From an uncultured Candidatus Saccharibacteria bacterium (GTDB lineage Bacteria > Patescibacteriota > Minisyncoccia > Phycocordibacterales > SBAW01): DNA of 64,000 nt. Location: NCBI GenBank assembly GCA_964650645.1, contig CAZYUH010000001.1:475099-539098 (forward strand), read 5' to 3'. The position numbers were made by a program, and so were the translations under genes. How positions within the stretch are numbered: the first letter of the stretch is position 1; every line of letters begins with the position of its first letter. The notes beneath the pieces are model-generated. The model saw only the letters and a list, made by a program, of their open reading frames with translations, ran no database searches and was not told the origin of the DNA. Positions 10,527 through 19,000 of this stretch are shown here, piece by piece.

Positions 10527-12305
10527 ATGGCCAAGCCAATCTACGTAAATGCGAAAGGTCAGCGCGTCGCTGAGGCTGATTCGGGCCAGTGGAGGGAAGT
10601 AAACGCTGCGGGCGAGCCGAAAGGCCCGTTCGCGGATTCTCCATTCAAGCATGGAGCCAATCCCCAGCCTGAATCATCGCCAGCTGCGCGAGCGGATGTG
10701 CCGGACGAAATCCGGCGCGTCGCTTCCGAGCTGGAATCGCTCAAAGCAAAGCTTAACGCCTTGCAGGAGTCGAAACCGGATCGCGGCCAGCTCAACCGGG
10801 CTGTCGAGGAGCTAGTAAGCCTCGCCAAGCAGGTGGGTGAACTGCGTGTCGCCTTTGGCGGCGCGGAACAGATCGAAGCGTTCGTTAAGAGCGTTGGCGA
10901 TCTGGCCGGGCAAATCCAAGAGCTGGACAAGCGCATCAACCAAGTCAGTGACAAGGTGGATGCCACTGCCGATACTCTCAATGAGGCCGGCAGAGGGGTA
11001 GTCGATCGCTTCAAGGCGGTTGAAGCCCGCATCAAGGAGCTCGAAAGCCGTCCGGCTGAAACCGTAGAACCTTCCAATCCTCACCCCCATACATCATCGC
11101 CCCGCGATGATGCGGGGCAAAAGAAGGAGGAGGCAATGCCTCAGACTGAGAATCGAACTGAGACGACGTCTAATTCCCAAGCTTCGCAACCGCCTCGCGG
11201 CGATGCGGGGCAAAAGGAGAAGTTCATGTCATCCTTCAGGTCTAATCCTATCGCGGTTTTCGGAGCTGCGGCGGTCGTTGCTTTCCTTGGCTGGTTGGTA
11301 TTCGGCTTCAGTCATGCGCCGCAGAAGGTAACGACCGCACTGGGCACCGTCGATAACGGCTCTGCCGTTGTTGCCGAGACCCCGGCCCAGCGCGACCGCC
11401 GCTTCGCGGAGATCGCGGGAGCGACCTTCGACCAGCGCATCCAGCCGATCGACAGGGACCTGGAGAAGCTCAAGTCAAAGACTGACGGCTTGACCAGCAA
11501 CCTTTCCGACCTGGGCACCCAGGTTGCCAAGGTTGAAAAGAGCGTCGCGTCGGGCATCGAGAAGGTGATGGCCCAGCTGGAGAAGGTGGTAAACGCCAAG
11601 ACGTCGTCCGATACGGACGAGGTCGAGGCCAAGCGCCTTGCCCAGATTAAGGCAGAATGTTTGCCTGATTCGGAAACGACGAAGGGCTTGGACCTGAAGA
11701 AGGACCTGCCCGAAGAAACGTTCCAGTCTGTCTTGCGCATCTGCCGCGCGGAGAAAGAGGAGAAGATGCGCCAGGCTCAGACGCCTGTCGGGTCCCTTCC
11801 TTCGCCTCAGGCGCGGACGCTTCCCGCGTCCGTGAACGCGGCGGACCTTCCCGAGGCTGCGGATGATTCGTCATTCCAGCCGCAGGGTGCCGATGCATCC
11901 GGGGATGCGGGGGACGGACAGTCCGCCGCTTCCTTGGGAGGCGACGACCTGACGGGGCCCTACGACCCCCGGACGGCCAAGGCAATGTCACCAGGCGTTG
12001 CGCACGTTGCGCAGGCGGGGTACATGGGCCCGGGCGTCGGCGGCCCCGGATTCGGACCTGTAGGTCCCGGGTTCGGGCCTGGTCCCCGCGGCGGCCGTAT
12101 CAGCGGTCCTCGGTGTCCTCGCGGAAGCGCCTTCAATCCGCGGTACGGGAAGTGCATCGGAACCCGATTGCATGATTTACCCGTATCTCCCCAGATGGGG
12201 CAAATACTCAGCACGTGCAGGGATATTGTCACGCGCGAAGTGTGGAAGAACGGACACCTCACCCAGCAGCAGAAGGGAATCGGCTGCCGGCGTCCGGCCT
12301 ACTAA
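10527..12305 (+). CDS. Orphan coiled-coil/TM protein with Gly-Pro-rich and Cys-containing C-terminus
   Basis: AGGAGG SD; 592-aa ORF; heptad-like regions, single TM near aa 243-261, GPG repeats, CPRGSAFNPRYGKC. Confidence 0.8.
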   Translation: MAKPIYVNAKGQRVAEADSGQWREVNAAGEPKGPFADSPFKHGANPQPESSPAARADVPDEIRRVASELESLKAKLNALQESKPDRGQLNRAVEELVSLAKQVGELRVAFGGAEQIEAFVKSVGDLAGQIQELDKRINQVSDKVDATADTLNEAGRGVVDRFKAVEARIKELESRPAETVEPSNPHPHTSSPRDDAGQKKEEAMPQTENRTETTSNSQASQPPRGDAGQKEKFMSSFRSNPIAVFGAAAVVAFLGWLVFGFSHAPQKVTTALGTVDNGSAVVAETPAQRDRRFAEIAGATFDQRIQPIDRDLEKLKSKTDGLTSNLSDLGTQVAKVEKSVASGIEKVMAQLEKVVNAKTSSDTDEVEAKRLAQIKAECLPDSETTKGLDLKKDLPEETFQSVLRICRAEKEEKMRQAQTPVGSLPSPQARTLPASVNAADLPEAADDSSFQPQGADASGDAGDGQSAASLGGDDLTGPYDPRTAKAMSPGVAHVAQAGYMGPGVGGPGFGPVGPGFGPGPRGGRISGPRCPRGSAFNPRYGKCIGTRLHDLPVSPQMGQILSTCRDIVTREVWKNGHLTQQQKGIGCRRPAY

Positions 12306-12313
12306 CAGCTACC

Positions 12314-12360
12314 TGGAGCGGTTCGCCGCTCCAGTTCGGGGCTACTGTTTAAGTAGCCCC
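12314..12360 (+). terminator. Tandem 3' hairpins after the orphan gene
   Basis: ctggagcgg-ttcg-ccgctccag (UUCG loop) and ggggctact/agtagcccc. Confidence 0.6.
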
Positions 12361-12462
12361 TCATTCTCTGAGCTTAATCTAACAATTGAGCCCGGAGCGT
12401 GAGTATTGACAGTATTATCAAGGTCTTGTAAGTTGCGTGCGTTTATTAGGAGCGAATATAAT

Positions 12463-13524
12463 ATGACTACCATTATAAAGAACATCATCGGTGCAGCGTT
12501 CGCGCTCATGGCGCTCGCCCTCCCGGTCGGTTCCGCTTTCGCGGCCGATCTTGACCTGGGTAGCTATGACACCGGCTGGTCGGATACGGGTTACTACGAT
12601 TCATACGATGCGTCGTACGACAGCTACTACGACACCGGCTGGACGGACACCGGCTACTACGATACGTACGATGCGTCGTACGATACCGGCTGGGTCGACA
12701 CCGGCTACTACGATACGTACGATGCGTCGTATGACACTGGCTGGGTCGACACCGGCTACTATGACACCTACTCTCCGTCGTACAGCACCGGCTACTCGAT
12801 GCCTTCCTTCGGCGGGATGTCCTTCGGCGGCTCCTCGTTCGGCGGCGGCTACGGCTACGGGATGCCTTCGTTCGGCACGCCCAACTACGCCTACCGCCAG
12901 GCCAACTACCCCCAGTTCCTGCCCCCGTCCAATACGGTAGTCGAGACCAACACCTGCACCGACAACTCCTGCAACTACGTCGACAACAGCATCGTCGACA
13001 ACAGCGTGGTGGACAACAGCGTCGTCGACAACAGCGTCACCATAGAGAACTCCTTCAACAACCAGGAGAAGAAGCGCGAGCGCCGCGACGACTACTGCTA
13101 CGACTACAACTACGGCAACCAGCAGGGCTACGGCCAGCAGGGCTACACCTACGGCTCGTACGCTTACCAGGGCAACTGCTACAGCTACGCCGCCCCGATA
13201 CCGCTGCCGCCGGTCAACACCACCCCGTACATCACGCTCTCGCAGACCCCGTACACCGGCCTCGACCTCGGGCCCTTCGGCGAGGTGCTCTACTGGACCT
13301 TCCTCGTCCTGTGGTGCCTGGGCGCCGCGTACCTGGTCGTCGTCAAGCGCGTCCAGAACAGGCTCGTCGGCTTCCTTAACGGCTTCCTGTTCGGCGGCGC
13401 ATCCGCCGCGGCCGCAGCGCCCGCTGCCCGCGCCGCTCACGCTCCGCAGGCTGCCGCAGCATCCGCTCCGCTCGTAGAAGAGGGCATCGACCCCTTCATC
13501 ATGAGCCAGATCAAGCGCTCCTAA
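12463..13524 (+). CDS. Secreted Tyr/Asp-repeat surface protein with sortase-like TPYTG signal
   Basis: AGGAG SD, signal peptide ending SAFA, repeats, LSQTPYTG followed by TM and KR. Confidence 0.85.
   Translation: MTTIIKNIIGAAFALMALALPVGSAFAADLDLGSYDTGWSDTGYYDSYDASYDSYYDTGWTDTGYYDTYDASYDTGWVDTGYYDTYDASYDTGWVDTGYYDTYSPSYSTGYSMPSFGGMSFGGSSFGGGYGYGMPSFGTPNYAYRQANYPQFLPPSNTVVETNTCTDNSCNYVDNSIVDNSVVDNSVVDNSVTIENSFNNQEKKRERRDDYCYDYNYGNQQGYGQQGYTYGSYAYQGNCYSYAAPIPLPPVNTTPYITLSQTPYTGLDLGPFGEVLYWTFLVLWCLGAAYLVVVKRVQNRLVGFLNGFLFGGASAAAAAPAARAAHAPQAAAASAPLVEEGIDPFIMSQIKRS
12565..12780 (+). repeat. Coding tandem repeat, 51-bp unit (YDTGWxDTGYYDTYDAS) x4
   Basis: Four near-identical 17-aa units with one 4-aa insert between units 1 and 2. 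Confidence 0.9.
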
Positions 13525-13592
13525 TCCCTACAGGGAAGCGCCGTCCGCTAGTCCTAACGTGCAGCGAATCCACTGCATGGCGAGTGCCCCGA

Positions 13593-13619
13593 GAAACCCC
13601 CGCCCACGGCGGGGGTTTC
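13593..13619 (+). terminator. Intrinsic terminator
   Basis: gaaacccccgcc-cac-ggcgggggtttc. Confidence 0.75.
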
Positions 13620-13684
13620 GCCTTATTGCTATCTTCATGCAAGTCGGCTATTATGGCGGCCATTAGCAGGAAAGAGCATATTTT

Positions 13685-14131
13685 ATGAAGAACTACGCGG
13701 TTTCAGCGGCATCGGCGCTCGCGCTCGCAATGGCGGTACTGGCCCCCTCGTCCGCCCTGGCCTATTGCAACGGGGCGGGGAGCACGTGCGTCCAGAGCAA
13801 CGCCTACTCGAAGCCGTACTACAACAGCCAGTACGTGAACCCGAACGCGTTCGCGGGGCAGTACGGAGGCTACGGCTACGGCGGGTACGCGCCGTACGGC
13901 GGCTATGGCGGGTTCGGCGGCTACTACGGGCAGGGCTACGGGTACGGCTACCAGCAGCCCCTGTACTTCCCGGTCTACAACACGACCTTCCCGGGCTACT
14001 ACGGGTTCGGCGGCTACTACGGCCAGAACTACGGGTACAACAATTACGCCTACAACTACGGATACGACTACGGCTATAACTACGGGTACGACTACGGCGG
14101 GTACGACTACGCCTACGATTACTGGTACTAG
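13685..14131 (+). CDS. Secreted Gly/Tyr-rich low-complexity protein
   Basis: Signal peptide ending SALA, CNGAGSTC pair, then GGYYG/YGYNY/YDY repeats. Confidence 0.8.
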   Translation: MKNYAVSAASALALAMAVLAPSSALAYCNGAGSTCVQSNAYSKPYYNSQYVNPNAFAGQYGGYGYGGYAPYGGYGGFGGYYGQGYGYGYQQPLYFPVYNTTFPGYYGFGGYYGQNYGYNNYAYNYGYDYGYNYGYDYGGYDYAYDYWY

Positions 14132-14149
14132 GTAAAGCGCGCCGGTCGC

Positions 14150-14180
14150 AAAAACCCCCGCCACAAAGGCGGGGGTTTTT
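14150..14180. terminator. Bidirectional intrinsic terminator
   Basis: aaaaacccccgcc-acaaa-ggcgggggttttt between convergent genes. Confidence 0.85.
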
Positions 14181-14185
14181 CTGGC

Positions 14186-15394
14186 CTAGCTGCGGGTTTT
14201 TATCTCGTCCGCGAGCCTCGTGACGATGTCCTGTATGGGAAACGCGCCCAGCTTGCCCTCGCGGCCTTCAAGGGTGACGGTGCCGGAGGCGACCTCGGCA
14301 TCGCCTATGACCATGAGGTAGGGGACCTTCGCGGTTTTCGCGTTGCGTATCTTCTTGCCGAGGCTCTCGCTTGAATAGTCGGCTTCGGCGCGGATGCCGG
14401 CCTCGCGCAGGCGCTCGAGCGTGTCCTGCGCGAACGCGGCGTGCGCCTCGCCTATGGGGATGACGATGGCCTGCACCGGCGAGAGCCATGTGGGAAGGAT
14501 GCCGTCGAGGTGTTCGAGCAGCACCGCGATGCACCGCTCGAGGGAGCCGGTGATGGCCGAGTGGATCATGACGATGCGCTCCTTTTTTCCTTCTTCATTG
14601 ATGCACGCGAGGTCAAAGCGCTCGGGCTGGTTGAGGTCGAGCTGGATGGTGGCGACCTGCCACTCGCGGCCCGCGGCGTTCTTGGCCATGAAGTCGAGCT
14701 TGGGGCCGTAGAGCGCCGCCTCGCCCGGGCCCTCGAAGAAGTCCGCGCCGCGCTCCACCGCTATCTCGCGCAGGGCGCCTTCGGCGCTGTCCCACACCGC
14801 GGGCGTGCCTATGTATTTTTCCGGCGCCGACGGATCACGGAACGAGAGGCGCACGCGGAGCGTGAACCCGAACTGGCGGTAGAAGCGGTCCACGATGTCC
14901 CAGATCTTCAGGAACTCGTCCTTTATCTGCGACGTGCGGCAGAATACGTGGCTGTCGTCCTGCGTGATGGACAGCACGCGCGTGAGGCCGCCGAGCTCGC
15001 CGGACTGCTCGTCGCGGTAGACCATGGTGGTCTCGGCGTAGCGCTGGGGCATCTCGCGGTAGGAGTGCGGCCGGCGCGCGAATATCTGCGTGTGGTGCGG
15101 GCAGTTCATGGGCTTGAGCGCGTACTCCTTTCCCTCGCGCGAGGTGATGCGGAAGAGGTCGTCGGAGAACTTGTCCCAATGGCCGCTCGTCTCGTACAGG
15201 CTCTTTTTGGTGATGTGGGGGATGGTGACGCGGTCGTAGCCGTGCGCGTTGCGCAGTTCCCAGACGAAGCGGTCTATTTCCTCGCGCACCACGGTGCCCT
15301 TGGGGGTCCACAGCGGGAGCCCCGAGCCCACCAGGTCGCTGAACGTAAAAAGGTCGAGCTCGCGCCCGATGGTCCTGTGATCGCGTTCTTCCAT
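14186..15394 (-). CDS. thrS: Threonine-tRNA ligase lacking N-terminal TGS/editing domains
   Basis: Starts at RDHRTIGRELDLF; SGHW, KPMNCPHH, YRDEQSGEL, YGPKLD, MIHSAITGSLER, anticodon domain. Confidence 0.96.
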   Translation of the reverse strand: MEERDHRTIGRELDLFTFSDLVGSGLPLWTPKGTVVREEIDRFVWELRNAHGYDRVTIPHITKKSLYETSGHWDKFSDDLFRITSREGKEYALKPMNCPHHTQIFARRPHSYREMPQRYAETTMVYRDEQSGELGGLTRVLSITQDDSHVFCRTSQIKDEFLKIWDIVDRFYRQFGFTLRVRLSFRDPSAPEKYIGTPAVWDSAEGALREIAVERGADFFEGPGEAALYGPKLDFMAKNAAGREWQVATIQLDLNQPERFDLACINEEGKKERIVMIHSAITGSLERCIAVLLEHLDGILPTWLSPVQAIVIPIGEAHAAFAQDTLERLREAGIRAEADYSSESLGKKIRNAKTAKVPYLMVIGDAEVASGTVTLEGREGKLGAFPIQDIVTRLADEIKTRS

Positions 15395-15469
15395 ACGTAT
15401 CTCAATACTACATCGATTTTCCCGTTTGGAAAGATAAAAGCGCCGGCCCGTCAGGGCCGGCGCTCCGGC

Positions 15470-15682
15470 TTACGCCAGCGCCGCTTCTTCTTCCTGCCCG
15501 CGCTTCGCGCGCCCGCAATGGGTGCGCCATGCCGCGAACAGCTCGTCGCGCTGCTTTTCCGTGCGGACGAATCCCATGCGCGCCGGCAGGCAGCCGGGAC
15601 ACACCGTTTCTTCGTAGGCGCCGCCGAACAGGTACTTCTTGGCGCATTCTCCGCATTCCCGATACTCCAGACGCTTGCTCAT
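15470..15682 (-). CDS. Small Zn-ribbon-like protein
   Basis: GGAGG SD; CGEC...CPGC; terminator hairpin at about 15436-15463. Confidence 0.65.
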   Translation of the reverse strand: MSKRLEYRECGECAKKYLFGGAYEETVCPGCLPARMGFVRTEKQRDELFAAWRTHCGRAKRGQEEEAALA

Positions 15683-15795
15683 CGCTTCCTCCCCGCGCCG
15701 TGCTTCCTCGTCTGAGAACCGTTATACCACCCCGGAAGTGTCCAAGGAAAAGAAAAGGCCGGCCCCTGTGGAGAGGCCGGCTGCTTTGCGGGGAC

Positions 15796-15948
15796 TCAGC
15801 ATCCCCGAACGATATCCCCGAGGTCTCCGCTGCGGTTGAGCCGGACCCGCTCTTCGAATACTTTTCTCATCTTCTGCTCGAGGCTTTCTTCCTTCTCCGT
15901 TTGACGGTCTTTCAGCGGCGAATCGGCGCGTTCTTGCTTCCGTATCAT
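15796..15948 (-). CDS. Small charged hypothetical protein, 50 aa (MIRKQERADSPLKD...)
   Basis: Translated by hand; GGAG SD, near-consensus promoter upstream, hairpin/T-tract downstream (about 15752-15782). Confidence 0.55.
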   Translation of the reverse strand: MIRKQERADSPLKDRQTEKEESLEQKMRKVFEERVRLNRSGDLGDIVRGC

Positions 15949-15983
15949 CGCACTCTCCGTGCTGTAGTAGTGAACCTGTGTTA

Positions 15984-16012
15984 ATTATACTCCCGTTTAC
16001 GCAAAAAGTCAA
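15984..16012 (-). promoter_or_regulatory. Sigma70 promoter
   Basis: TTGACT-17 bp-TATAAT on the minus strand. Confidence 0.8.
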
Positions 16013-16078
16013 TATCCCTCTAACAAAGTTGTATCAAGGTTCAACCTTGATATGGGTGGCTTTGATAGGGGTGCGGAG

Positions 16079-19000
16079 TTACAGGGCCTTGAGCGCCTCG
16101 GTGACTATCGAGAACTCGCCGTTGCGGTTGGAGATGCGGCCCTTTATCGCGATGCAGGCGTCGGGGCGCAGGATGGGCTTGTACTCGGCGTAGCTCTTGG
16201 GGAAGACCACTGCTTCGACCGCGCCCGAGAAGTCGGCAAGCTTTATAAACGCCATCTGGTCGCCATTCTTGGTAAGCAGAACGCGCAGGCTCTCTATCAT
16301 GCCGGCGACCACGGTGGTGGTGCCGGGGTAGGAGCGCTCCTTTATCTGCGCGAGGTTGAGGGGGCGCCGGTCGAGCTTCTCCTTGAACTTGTCCAAAGGG
16401 TGGCCCGAAACGTAGAGGCCCAGCAGCTCCTTCTCCCACGCGAGGCGCTGGTCCTGGGTCGCGGGCGGGGCCGGCGGCACGCGTATCTCGCTCATGCCCT
16501 CGACGTCGGCGAAGAGGGAATCGTGCATCTTCTCGGCGCCGGCGTCGCGGTGGTACTGCAGGAGCTGCTCGATGTGCGCGAGCATCGCGCCGCGCTCGCC
16601 CATGGAGTCGAGCGCCCCGCACATGATGAGGCTCTCGAGCCCCTTCTTGTTGAGCCCGTTGTCGGTGACGCGGGTAAGGAAGTCCGACAGCGAGGCGAAG
16701 GGGCCGTTCGCGCGCCGCTCATTGATGATGGAGTCGGCCACGCCGCGGCCGAAGTTCTTTATGGAATAGAGGCCGAAGCGGATGGAATCGGGGGAGGCCG
16801 GGGAGGTTTCGGAAGCTGTAGGCGTGGCGGAAGCAACAGGTGCCCCGGCGACGCTATCCTCCTCTCTTGCGGATCGGAGCGTCGCCGAAACACCTGTTGC
16901 TTCCGCCGGGCTTGCAGTCTCTGCCTTGCCTGCCGGAGCGCTCCCCAGTATCACCGTGAAGTCGCCGAAGGACTCGTTGACGTCGGGCGCGAGCATGGGG
17001 ATGCCCATGCGCTTGCACTCGGCGACCATGACGGACACCTTCTCCACGTCGCCCGCTTCCGCCGTGAGCACCGCGGTCATGTACTCGACCGGGTAGTTGG
17101 CCTTCATGTAGGCGGTCTGGTAGGAGACGCGCCCGTAGCTCGCAGAGTGCGCCTTGTTGAAGCCGTACGCGGCGAAGGGCTCAATCCATGCCCACACCTG
17201 CTCTGCCTTCTTCTGCGGCCACCCGGAATGCTCGACGCATCCCTTGATGAACTTCTCGCGCTGGGCGGCCATCTCCTCGGGGATCTTCTTGCCGACCGCC
17301 TTGCGGAACTTGTCCACCTCGCCCCAGCTGTAGCCCGCCAGCTGGTTGGCCATGATGAGCAGGTCGTCCTGGTACACGAGGATGCCGTAGGTCTGCCTGA
17401 GGATGGGCTCCATCGCGCGGTCGAGGTAGCGGATGAGCGCGGGGTTGTGCTTGCGCTCGATGTACTGCGGGATGAACTGCATCGGGCCCGGGCGGTAGAG
17501 CGCCACCATCGCGTTGATGTCGTGGATGGTCGTGGGGCGCAGCTCCTTGAGGAAGCGCGTCATGCCCGAGCCGTTGAGCTGGAACGTGGCCTCGGTCTCG
17601 CCGCGCGTGAGCATGTCGAAGGTGCGCTTGTCGTCCAGAGGTATCGCCTCGATGTCTATCCTTTCGCCGCGCGTGCGCTCCACGAGGTTGACCGCGTTGG
17701 CGAGGATGGTGAGGTTGCGTATGCCGAGGAAGTCGAACTTGGTGAGCCCCGCGCCGTCCTCGCCCACGGAGTACATGTCGTACTGCGTGATTATCTTGCC
17801 GCCCTTGGGGTCGAGCTGGAGCGGCGCGAACTCCACCAGCGGCACGGGCGAAATGACGACGCCCGCGGCGTGCACGCCCACGTGGCGCGCGCACCCTTCT
17901 ATCTTCTGGCCGAGGCCTATTATCTCGCGCACCTGCGGGTCGGCCTTGTGCATCTTCGCGAGCTCGGGGTTCTCCTGCATGGCGCGCTCGAGCGTCATGG
18001 GGAAGCCCTGGCTGCCCATCGGGATTTCCTTGGCTATCGCGTCGCCCAGGCCGTAGGGCAGGCCCAGCGCGCGGGCAACGTCGCGCACGACGCCGCGCGC
18101 GAGCATGGTGCCGAAGGTGCCTATCTGCGCCACATGCTCCGTGCCGTACTTGGCGCGGGCGTAGTCTATGACCTCGTCGCGCCTGTCGTCGGCGAAGTCC
18201 ATGTCGATGTCGGGGGCCGAGGGGCGCTCGGGGTTGAGGAAGCGCTCGAAGGGGATCTTGTAGGAAAGCGGCTCGATCTTGGTTATCCGCAGGAGGTAGG
18301 TGACCATGGAGCCCGCGACCGAGCCGCGGATGTTGGTGTAGATGTCGTTCTCGCGCGCGAAGCGTATGAGGTCCTCCACCACCAGGAAGTACGCCGCGTA
18401 GCCCTTGAACTTGATGATGCCCAGCTCGTACTCGAGCCGCTCCATGACGTCGTCGCGGCCCTCGAGCCCGCGCGGCCTGAGGCCCGCCAGGCACAGCTCG
18501 CGCAGGCGGTCGTCGGCGGTCACGCCCTCGGGCAGGGCGAAATGGGGGAACACGAACTTGCCGAGCGTGAGCTCCAGATTGCACTTTTCCGCGATCTCGA
18601 GCGACGCCTTCAGCGCCTCGTCGCCGAGCTTCGCGCGCATCTCGCTTTCGTTCAGGAACGAGTAGTCTATCTCCTCGCCGTCCATGGTCATGCCGTCGTC
18701 CGCCGGGCCGCGGTTCTCTATCGCGCGCATCGTCTCCCATGCGCGGCGGTCCTCCGGGGAAAGGTAGTACGTCTCGTGCGTCGGCATGATGTAGAAGTCG
18801 CCGCCCCAGCGCTTCCTGTGCGCGGCGCTCAGGGACGACTCCGCCCGCTCGAGTGCGACGAGGCCGCCCGCGCGCGCGTCGAGCATCGCGGCGGTGATGG
18901 GGCGGCCCTGGGGGTCCTCGATGTGCGACTCGGTGACGAGCTTCATGAGGTTCTTGTAGCCCTCGAGGTCCTTGGCGTAGAGCAAAATCCGGTGGTGGTC

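Noticed and set aside
12565-12780. Tandem repeats as a CRISPR array
   Set aside because: Units are contiguous, a multiple of 3, in frame, without unique spacers; no cas genes nearby.
13525-13592. Small hairpins after the surface-protein gene as a ribozyme or riboswitch
   Set aside because: Only short stems, no recognisable consensus and no second copy in the window.
16790-16947. dnaE insertion as an intein or intron
   Set aside because: Too short, no Cys/Ser...His-Asn splice ends, no group I/II core; the frame is preserved.
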